A DNA stretch of 36,641 nucleotides. Source: Acidobacteriota bacterium. GTDB taxonomy: Bacteria > Acidobacteriota > Thermoanaerobaculia > Multivoradales > UBA5704. The DNA lies in contig JBDTZG010000053.1 of NCBI GenBank assembly GCA_040005235.1, forward strand, positions 1-36,641, given 5' to 3'. The translations under genes were made by a program, and so were the position numbers. Under the pieces are notes generated by a model that made no database searches, had not been told where the DNA came from, and saw only the letters and a program-made list of their open reading frames with translations. Of this stretch, positions 7,853 to 15,096 are shown piece after piece; position 1 is the first letter of the stretch, and each line of letters begins with the position of its first letter.

Positions 7853-10005
7853 CCTCCGGCCTGCTCCAGCCAGCGGCGGGCCTTTTCGAGATCGGGACCG
7901 AAACGCTCCGGCGGCGCGGTCGCCACGAACCGGCGCAGCGCCTCGATCGCGTCGGCCCGGCGTCCGGCTTGCGCCGCGACCAGACCGATGTTGAATAGGG
8001 CATCGAACTGGCGTTCATCGAGAGCGACGGACTTCTTCCAGGCGGCCAGAGCGCCGGGCGCGTCGCCCTTCTGATAGCGCACCACCCCAAGCGTGTTCCA
8101 GGAGATCGGCAGCTGGTCGTTCTCCGCCAACGCCCGTTCGAGATCCTTCCGCGCCTCCTCGGGCCTGCCCTGTCGGAGCTTGATCACGCCCAGGTTTTCG
8201 AGCGTCTTCGGATCGTTTGGCGCGGTCTGGAGAGCTTTTTCGAGCATCGCTCTCGCTTCGGGGAGTTTGCCGGCGTCCGCATAGGCGATGCCCAGGGCGT
8301 TCTGGGTTTCCGGGTCGGTGCTTGCCGCGACCGGGCGGAGCACCTCGACCGCTTCGGCGCCGCGGCCGTTCTCCGACAGGGCGAGCGCGAGCTGGCGGCG
8401 CAGCGATTCGCGGTCCACCCCTCGGCGCAGCGCGGCTTCGAGCGCGGTGATCGCCTCGGCCGGGCGTTCGAGCTGGCGCAGGGAGAGCGCCAGGTTTTCG
8501 TACGCCTCGGACATCGTGGGCCGCGCCGCGATCACCTGGCGCGCGAGCCGGATCGCGGTCTCGAAGTCGCCCCGGGTGTAGCTTTCGACCAGAGCTTGAA
8601 GCTGATGGTCGATTTCGGTCAGGCGCTTCGGATCGTCGTCGGCCGTGTAGATGGACTTCGCCACCGAGGTGCCAGCCATGTAACCGAGGCTCTTCAAGCG
8701 CGCGACTTCCTCGGCCGACGCCTCGACCTCGCGCCGGGGAGGCCAGACCGATTCGGGCGGCAGCAGGCCCGCGAGCCGGGTGGAGCGCTGCTTCTCGGCC
8801 GGGAACAGGTTTTTTTCTTCCTTCGGATCGCCCGCCAGATCGTACAGCTCTGCCAACGGCAGCGAGATCCACTTGTCCCGACCGGCGAGCACCCCGCGCA
8901 AGGGAGCCCAGCCGCGATTCAGGTTGGTCGAGAGCGATTCGAAATAGCTGGCCCCGCCGCGGCCCTCGCCTGACGCCTCGGGCAGGAGCAGCGAGCGGCC
9001 GGGCAACGAGGCGGGGACCGCCACCCCGAGCAGACCGAGGATCGTCGGCACCAGATCGATGTGGCGCGCCGACCGGTCGTCGTTTCCCGGCGCGATGCCT
9101 TTGCCCCAAAGCACCATCGGCACTTTGAGCGTCGACTCGTAGGCGAACAGACCGTGGGTCAACTCGCCATGGTCGCCGAGCGCCTCGCCATGATCGGCCG
9201 TCATCACCACGATCGCCGGCCGCTCCTTGCCCGCGAGGAACGGTTCGAGCAGCGGCGCAAGGTAGGAATCGGTCGCCGCCACCTCGCCCAGGTAGGGCCG
9301 CCCCTTGAATCGGTCGGCAAAGGGGGCCGGAGGTTGATAGGGCGCGTGCGGATCGTAGAGATGAATCCAGAGAAATCGTTTGGCCTTGGCGTGCGCGCGC
9401 CACCAGGCGTTGGCCGGAGCCACCACCTGATCGCCCCGCCGCTGCACCATCTCGAAACGGTCGGGATGGCTGCCGAGCGGGTACGAGTCATCGTAGACCC
9501 CGAACCCCTGGTTCAGGCCGAACCGCCGGTCGAGCGGAAACGCGCCGACGAACGCCGCGGTCTGATAACCCGATTTGCCGAGCATCGTGGCGAGCGTCGG
9601 CACCCGCGCCGGAAGTGAGAAGCCGGTGTTTTCCCGGACGCCGTGCGCGTAGGGGTAAAGGCCGGTGAGGATGTTGGTGTGGGACGGGAGCGTCACCACG
9701 TTGTGGGCATGGGCGAAGGTGAAGACCCGGCCCTGGCCGGCAAGCCGATCGAGCACCGGGGTTGCAACTTCCCGGTTGCCCGAAAAGCCCTCCGCATCGG
9801 CCCGCAGCGTGTCGATCGTGATCAACAGTACATCCGCTCCGGCGGCGATACCGGCACGGTATCCCGGCGCTCCCGGAGCGGTCGAAGTAGAACCGGGGCC
9901 TCTTCGCGCGACCGAGCGGCCGGCGTCGAAATAGCGCCAAGCCGCGCCGGCCGCGACCCCGAGGATGGCGAGACCGGCGCCCGCTAAAACCACGAAACGG
10001 CGCAC
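7849..10005 (-). CDS. Sulfatase-like (alkaline phosphatase superfamily) hydrolase/transferase with C-terminal TPRs
   Basis: ITIDTLRAD, VTLPSHTNILTG, HLYDPH, TADHGE motifs; N-terminal hydrophobic anchor; GGGAG before the GTG start. Confidence 0.9.
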   Translation of the reverse strand: MRRFVVLAGAGLAILGVAAGAAWRYFDAGRSVARRGPGSTSTAPGAPGYRAGIAAGADVLLITIDTLRADAEGFSGNREVATPVLDRLAGQGRVFTFAHAHNVVTLPSHTNILTGLYPYAHGVRENTGFSLPARVPTLATMLGKSGYQTAAFVGAFPLDRRFGLNQGFGVYDDSYPLGSHPDRFEMVQRRGDQVVAPANAWWRAHAKAKRFLWIHLYDPHAPYQPPAPFADRFKGRPYLGEVAATDSYLAPLLEPFLAGKERPAIVVMTADHGEALGDHGELTHGLFAYESTLKVPMVLWGKGIAPGNDDRSARHIDLVPTILGLLGVAVPASLPGRSLLLPEASGEGRGGASYFESLSTNLNRGWAPLRGVLAGRDKWISLPLAELYDLAGDPKEEKNLFPAEKQRSTRLAGLLPPESVWPPRREVEASAEEVARLKSLGYMAGTSVAKSIYTADDDPKRLTEIDHQLQALVESYTRGDFETAIRLARQVIAARPTMSEAYENLALSLRQLERPAEAITALEAALRRGVDRESLRRQLALALSENGRGAEAVEVLRPVAASTDPETQNALGIAYADAGKLPEARAMLEKALQTAPNDPKTLENLGVIKLRQGRPEEARKDLERALAENDQLPISWNTLGVVRYQKGDAPGALAAWKKSVALDERQFDALFNIGLVAAQAGRRADAIEALRRFVATAPPERFGPDLEKARRWLEQAGG

Positions 10006-10046
10006 GAATCAGCTCCCGGTTCTTCTCAGATCTCTACTGACTCGCC

Positions 10047-11102
10047 CTAGAGCGACTTCAGAAATTCGCGCGCGTCCGCGGCGTGCGAGCTGTCGGGCTC
10101 AAGCTCGAGCAGCTTTTTAAAGTCCGCTTTCGCGGCATCGATCTTCGACATACCCAGGCTGCACAGGCCCCGGTAGTAGTAGGCCTCCGCCATCGCCGGA
10201 TTTTCCTGCACCACGCGGTCGAAGCTCGCGAACGCCTCCGGGATCTTGCCGTCGTTGTATTGGCGGATCCCGATGTTCAAGAGGCTCGACGGATCGACTT
10301 TCGTCCCTTGTGGCAGCTTCGCCATGTAGGTCTTCGCCTCTTCTTCGCGGCCGGCGTCGACCAGGAAATTGACCAGCTGCTGCATCAGGGCCACGTTGTC
10401 GGGGGCCACGACGATCGCCGCCTTGAGCGTGTCGATCGCCTTGTCGGTCTGCTTCAGCTCGTACTGGGTGGCGGCGAGGATCGTAATCGCCTCGATGTTG
10501 GTCGACTCCATCGCGAGAACGGCCTGAAGTGTTTCCTCGACCTTGGGGTAGTTCTTTTCCTGGAGGTAGGTCTTGGCGATCCGCAGCTCCAGCTTCGGCT
10601 TGTTCGCCAGTTCGATCTCTACCAGCGCCTTTTCGTACTCGGCGCGCGCCTCGGCCCATTTGCCGGCGGTAAACAGCTTGTCTCCGCCGTCGATGATGCC
10701 ACCGGCGCTCGCCTTCTGCGCCGCCTCGATCATCTCCTTCGGGATCACCTTGAGGACGAGGTTGACCGGTTTTGAGGGCGAGAACTCATCCACTTTCACC
10801 GTGCCTTCGGACTGAAGATAGCCTTCCTTCTCGATCAGGACGCCCCAGGTTCCTCCGGCGAGGGCACCGATCGACCATTTGCCGTGCTCGTTGGTGAGGA
10901 TCGGCTTCGGACCCGAAGCTTTGGGATCGACCCCCTTGTCACCGATTCGGAAAGTGATCTGGGCGCCGACGACCGGCTTGCCCTGCTCGTCTTTGATTTC
11001 CCCTTGCAGCCGTCCACGTCCCGCCCATTCCTGCGCGGCGAGCGGCGAAGCGACGATCCAGCACGTTGCGGCCACGGCCGCCATCCAACGCTTGCCCAGC
11101 AT
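10047..11102 (-). CDS. Secreted protein with carboxypeptidase regulatory-like domain and TPR repeats
   Basis: GGAGGAGG RBS before ATG 11102; signal peptide; GRLQGEIKDEQGKPVVGAQIT...TNEHGKW...IEKEGY domain followed by TPRs. Confidence 0.88.
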   Translation of the reverse strand: MLGKRWMAAVAATCWIVASPLAAQEWAGRGRLQGEIKDEQGKPVVGAQITFRIGDKGVDPKASGPKPILTNEHGKWSIGALAGGTWGVLIEKEGYLQSEGTVKVDEFSPSKPVNLVLKVIPKEMIEAAQKASAGGIIDGGDKLFTAGKWAEARAEYEKALVEIELANKPKLELRIAKTYLQEKNYPKVEETLQAVLAMESTNIEAITILAATQYELKQTDKAIDTLKAAIVVAPDNVALMQQLVNFLVDAGREEEAKTYMAKLPQGTKVDPSSLLNIGIRQYNDGKIPEAFASFDRVVQENPAMAEAYYYRGLCSLGMSKIDAAKADFKKLLELEPDSSHAADAREFLKSL

Positions 11103-11171
11103 GTTCTGCCTCCTCCCTGCTTTCTGGTTCGGCCACAGACGGCACCTCATCGGCACCGTCGTCGTCTACTC

Positions 11172-11189
11172 ATGCAGGATGCGGTCCAA
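11172..11189 (-). promoter_or_regulatory. Candidate sigma54 (-24/-12) promoter for the TPR/sulfatase-like operon
   Basis: Minus strand TTGGACCGCATCCTGCAT has GG-N10-GC spacing and lies between the upstream terminator and ATG 11102. Weaker match than the two receptor promoters. Confidence 0.45.
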
Positions 11190-11242
11190 CCAACCGCCCC
11201 GGCGCACCGGACGAAGTCTATCGAAATTGGTGCTGCACGCAG

Positions 11243-11276
11243 AAAAAAACCGCCGGGGTTGCCCCCGGCGGTCTTT
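11243..11276 (-). terminator. Rho-independent terminator after TonB receptor copy 1
   Basis: Minus strand ACCGCCGGGG-GCAA-CCCCGGCGGT followed by a T-run, about 25 nt after the stop. Confidence 0.9.
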
Positions 11277-11295
11277 CGAAACGGGTGGATCGGTA

Positions 11296-11650
11296 CGGTT
11301 TAGCGGAAGTTGAACTTCACGCCGAGCCGGATGATCCGGGGGCTGACGATTTCCAACACGTGGTCGCCGTTGGTCCGCTGGAGACGGCCGTTACGCTGAA
11401 GAACGGTCGCTTCGTTGGTCACGTTGAACACGTCCGCGCCCACGGTGAAGCCGAAGTCCTTCAACGAGAACTCCTTCTCCACGCGAAGGTCGAGGATGCG
11501 GATGTCGTCATACCGGAACGCGTCCGGACGCGACGTCACCGGGATGTTGATTCCCAGGGCGCCGTCCGGAATGTTGCGGGCCGGCTGCGGACCCGAGCCG
11601 CCGACGCGCTCGAAGTAGACCGTCGGATAGCCCTGGTGGCCCGTCAGGTT
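11296..11650. repeat. 355-bp direct repeat, identical to 14742..15096
   Basis: Read-through comparison found no mismatch until 11651/15097 (offset 3446). The ORF track gives identical 67-aa antisense ORFs in both copies. Confidence 0.85.
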
Positions 11651-14335
11651 AGCGGCCACGTTGAAACCCCAAGCGTGATCCGGGGCGATCTGGTAGAGGC
11701 CGTTGACGCTGTACGACCACTTGCTGTTGATGTAGACCGCGCCCTTGGAGCCCGAGCCGGTGCCCGAACCCTGAATGACCTGGTCGCCATCGCGAAGAGC
11801 CTGGCCACCGGCGCCGCCGATGCCCGCAGTGGGATCTTCGTTCTCGCTGTCCGGCGAATTCCACTTCCAGTCGGAGTAGGTGAAGTTGCCGCGGAACATC
11901 CAGCGGTTGGACAGGCGCTTGTTGAAGGTGACCGAAGCGCCCTTGTAATCCTGCTCGCGGTCGCCGTTCTCCAGCAGGAAGCCGTTGCGGGTCGAAACGC
12001 CCGGACGCAGCTGCCAGATCTGGAGGGTGTACGGATCGCCGTTTGGCAGCACGCGGCCGTTCGCCCCGGTCCGGGGACGCGGGGTAACCGGAACGTAGTC
12101 GCTGCGGACGTGCTTACGACCCACCTGGGTGAGATTGCCCGCGTCGAGGGAGCAATCGGTACGGCCGCCCGCGCAATCGAACACCAGACGCTCCTGCTCG
12201 AGCAGGTCGGTGTACTTGCGGAACGTGAGGTTCAAACCGACCACGAACTCCGGCAGCAGAGCGTGCTCGACCGAGAAGAGCAGCTCGTTGTTGATCGGAG
12301 CATTCAAGTTCGAGGAAACGGCGTTGGACTGCAACAGCTGGCCGTTGTTCGGGTTGACGTTGGGGCTGAAATACTGCAGGGACAGCTGCGAACGGGTCGG
12401 CAGAGTCGTGTTGCCAACGCCGCGGTGCGGGCCGTAGAAATAGGCGTAGCTCTGGAGCGCCAACGGGTTCAGCCACGCGAGGTTGCCGGTGGCCAACTGG
12501 TCGGCATACTGCGAGTAGCTCGCACGGAGCAGGGTCTTGTGATCTGCACCGAGGGCGTACGTGATGCCGAGACGGGGAACGACCGTCTCCCACTCGAAAC
12601 CCGCGCCCTGACCGGCGTAGTTGATCGCCGGCAGAAGGTCGGGGTACAGCGGACTGGCCTTGACGTTCTTGGCCGTGTTCTTGCCGCCCTGCTTGTCATA
12701 ACGCAGACCGAAGTTCGCGGTCAGGTTGCCGATCGAGATCGTGTCCTGGAAGTACGCGCTGGTGTACTCGGCCTCGACGCCGATGATCGAGTCGCGGGAG
12801 ATGGCCCAGAACGAGTCATCGGCCGCGGTGTTCGGATCGGGACCGCCATTGGCGTCGATCTCGTAGCCGTCACCCTGGGTACGGGAAAGCGTCGTCTGGT
12901 CCGCGGTGCGGTAGCCGACGCCGTACTTGAGCTCGTGCGAGACGCTGCCCGTGTTGAAGAACGAGGACGCATCCAGCTTCTCGTTCTCTTGCGGACGAGC
13001 GATCTGCGCGAGGAAGAAGCTGTTGTGCCAGACGCCGGCCGCATCGAGGAACGGCGGAACGTTGCCGCCTTCAGGAATCAGCTGGAAGCCGCCGTTCACC
13101 TTCGAGTAGAGACCCGTGAGGTAGAAGTTCGAGCTGAAGATGTTGGTGTCTTCGAGCTTATAGGCGGTGGGGGAAGGACCGAACTTTCCCTGATCCCAAG
13201 TGGTCTCCTGCGGACGCAGGGGACCGGCGTTACGGCCGAGCTTCACCTTGTCGCTCTGCCACGCGAAAGCCGTCGCCGAGTTGCTCGCGGAGATCTGCGC
13301 GTTGACCTTGGCGTTCCAGTCCTCAAGGGTGGTGAAGTCTTTGAAACCGCTGATCGTGCGGAGGTCGATCTTCGGCTTGGCATAGGAGCCCCAAACCCAA
13401 AGACGATCCTTGACGATCGGGCCGCCGAGCTCGCCGCCGTAATCCTCAACCTTGTTGATCTGGTTGCCCTGCTTGAATACCGCCTGTGCGCGACCGCCGT
13501 TGTACGGACCGGCTTTGCCCAGGTCGGACTTATCGAAGCCGAACTTGGACTGGTTGCCCTTGTCGGCCTGGAAATACCGGCCCGAACCGCGCCATTCGTT
13601 GGTGCCGCGCTTCGTGACCATGTTCAGGACCACGCCGCCGGTCGAGATCGACGCATCGCTGCCGCCGGTCGTGACCTGCATCTCTTCGAACGCGTCGAAG
13701 TCGTAGTAGCCCGGCGAAGAGCCGGTCGCCGACATGTCGGTCACCACCACGCCGTCGAGCGACCACTGAGCCTGGTCGCCGCCGGAGCCGGGGCCGATGT
13801 AGTTGGACTGCTGACCCGACTCGTTGCCGCCGACGTTGATCCGGTCGGTGAGAACGCCCGGGGTCGACTGCAGCACGGCCCAGGGGTCGCGCGCGGTCGG
13901 AATCTTCTCCAGCTCGGTCGAGGAGACCGTGTTGCCGGTCGAGATCCGCTTCTGGTCGAGCAACGGAGTCTCGGCGGTGACCGTGATCACGTCCTCGACT
14001 GCGGCCGACAGGGTCAGCTCCAGCGAGGTGTTGCGACCGACGTTGATCACTACGTTCGGATAGTTGAGCGTCGAGAAGCCCTCGAGCTGCGCTTCCAAAG
14101 CATAGCTACCCGGCGACAGGCCGAGGAAGCGAGCCTCGCCCTGCGCATTGGTCACCTGCACCTGCGGTGCGCCGTTACCCGAAACGGTAACGGTCACGCC
14201 CGGCAGAGCCGCGCCCTGTTCGTCACTGACCTTGGCGAACAGGTTGCCGCTCTGCAGCTGGGCGAAGGCAGTGCCTCCGACCAGAAGCAAGAGCGCGGTG
14301 ACGGCGAAAATCCGTCCCCAAGTGGTGCTCTTCAT
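11300..14335 (-). CDS. TonB-dependent receptor, Oar-like, with N-terminal carboxypeptidase regulatory-like domain (copy 1, 1011 aa)
   Basis: GGGAGG RBS; signal peptide; DEQGAALPGVTVT; plug motifs LDGVVVTD and GGVVLNMVTKRGTNEWRG; NFGLRYD; C-terminal strand PRIIRLGVKFNFR. Confidence 0.93.
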   Translation of the reverse strand: MKSTTWGRIFAVTALLLLVGGTAFAQLQSGNLFAKVSDEQGAALPGVTVTVSGNGAPQVQVTNAQGEARFLGLSPGSYALEAQLEGFSTLNYPNVVINVGRNTSLELTLSAAVEDVITVTAETPLLDQKRISTGNTVSSTELEKIPTARDPWAVLQSTPGVLTDRINVGGNESGQQSNYIGPGSGGDQAQWSLDGVVVTDMSATGSSPGYYDFDAFEEMQVTTGGSDASISTGGVVLNMVTKRGTNEWRGSGRYFQADKGNQSKFGFDKSDLGKAGPYNGGRAQAVFKQGNQINKVEDYGGELGGPIVKDRLWVWGSYAKPKIDLRTISGFKDFTTLEDWNAKVNAQISASNSATAFAWQSDKVKLGRNAGPLRPQETTWDQGKFGPSPTAYKLEDTNIFSSNFYLTGLYSKVNGGFQLIPEGGNVPPFLDAAGVWHNSFFLAQIARPQENEKLDASSFFNTGSVSHELKYGVGYRTADQTTLSRTQGDGYEIDANGGPDPNTAADDSFWAISRDSIIGVEAEYTSAYFQDTISIGNLTANFGLRYDKQGGKNTAKNVKASPLYPDLLPAINYAGQGAGFEWETVVPRLGITYALGADHKTLLRASYSQYADQLATGNLAWLNPLALQSYAYFYGPHRGVGNTTLPTRSQLSLQYFSPNVNPNNGQLLQSNAVSSNLNAPINNELLFSVEHALLPEFVVGLNLTFRKYTDLLEQERLVFDCAGGRTDCSLDAGNLTQVGRKHVRSDYVPVTPRPRTGANGRVLPNGDPYTLQIWQLRPGVSTRNGFLLENGDREQDYKGASVTFNKRLSNRWMFRGNFTYSDWKWNSPDSENEDPTAGIGGAGGQALRDGDQVIQGSGTGSGSKGAVYINSKWSYSVNGLYQIAPDHAWGFNVAANLTGHQGYPTVYFERVGGSGPQPARNIPDGALGINIPVTSRPDAFRYDDIRILDLRVEKEFSLKDFGFTVGADVFNVTNEATVLQRNGRLQRTNGDHVLEIVSPRIIRLGVKFNFR

Positions 14336-14444
14336 ACGGTTGAACCTCCCTCATTAGGTGGTTGTGATGCTTCCATCGACGGTTAAGGACGTGCGGATCA
14401 CGCGGTCAGCGGGAGGGACGCACCCTCGGCTTGCCCGCGTGACA

Positions 14445-14463
14445 CCTCCTTGCCTGCCCGGAA
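14445..14463 (-). promoter_or_regulatory. Conserved 5'-leader motif TTCCGGGCAGGCAAGGAGG (copy 1)
   Basis: 18/19 identical to 17884..17902 within otherwise diverged leaders; same distance from the sigma54 site. Confidence 0.6.
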
Positions 14464-14482
14464 GTGACTGGTTGGTACGGGA

Positions 14483-14512
14483 ACTCTAGCTAACATCGTG
14501 AAGACGGGTCAA
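14483..14512 (-). promoter_or_regulatory. Candidate sigma70 promoter overlapping the sigma54 site
   Basis: Minus strand TTGACC-N18-TAGAGT. Confidence 0.35.
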
Positions 14513-14528
14513 GCAAGCGATGTGCCGG
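14511..14528 (-). promoter_or_regulatory. sigma54 (-24/-12) promoter of TonB receptor copy 1
   Basis: Minus strand CCGGCACATCGCTTGCTT matches GGCAC-N5-TTGC; conserved upstream of copy 2. Confidence 0.72.
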
Positions 14529-14624
14529 CCTTTCAAAACGTCGCATCCTCCGGCCAAGGGCTTGATAGGACAATAGGTTAACACGATCGGACAGGCGCCG
14601 TCCCACAGCCGGGTCGCCGCTCCG

Positions 14625-14662
14625 TTCAACCCGCTGGACGGGGTTCTCCGGTTTTTTGAACC
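14625..14662. promoter_or_regulatory. Candidate upstream activator site TTCAA-N26-TTGAA
   Basis: About 100-130 bp upstream of the sigma54 site; shares TCCGGTYTTTTGAACC with 18096..18134. Confidence 0.45.
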
Positions 14663-14692
14663 CGCTCCGCCGAACCTTGCCGTGGCACCATT

Positions 14693-14723
14693 AAAAACCG
14701 CCGGGGTTGCCCCCGGCGGTTTT
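14693..14723 (-). terminator. Rho-independent terminator after TonB receptor copy 2 (potentially bidirectional)
   Basis: AAAACCGCCGGGG-GCAA-CCCCGGCGGTTTTT on the minus strand; same hairpin as at 11250..11271. Confidence 0.9.
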
Positions 14724-14741
14724 CGAAACGACGGACCGGTT

Positions 14742-15096
14742 CGGTTTAGCGGAAGTTGAACTTCACGCCGAGCCGGATGATCCGGGGGCTGACGATTTCC
14801 AACACGTGGTCGCCGTTGGTCCGCTGGAGACGGCCGTTACGCTGAAGAACGGTCGCTTCGTTGGTCACGTTGAACACGTCCGCGCCCACGGTGAAGCCGA
14901 AGTCCTTCAACGAGAACTCCTTCTCCACGCGAAGGTCGAGGATGCGGATGTCGTCATACCGGAACGCGTCCGGACGCGACGTCACCGGGATGTTGATTCC
15001 CAGGGCGCCGTCCGGAATGTTGCGGGCCGGCTGCGGACCCGAGCCGCCGACGCGCTCGAAGTAGACCGTCGGATAGCCCTGGTGGCCCGTCAGGTT
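14742..15096. repeat. 355-bp direct repeat, identical to 11296..11650
   Basis: Direct comparison at offset 3446. Confidence 0.85.

Noticed and set aside
14336-14692. Cobalamin or TPP riboswitch, or Fur box, upstream of the TonB receptors
   Set aside because: No B12-box, TPP core or AT-rich Fur palindrome recognised by eye in either leader; an Rfam search would be needed to exclude fully.
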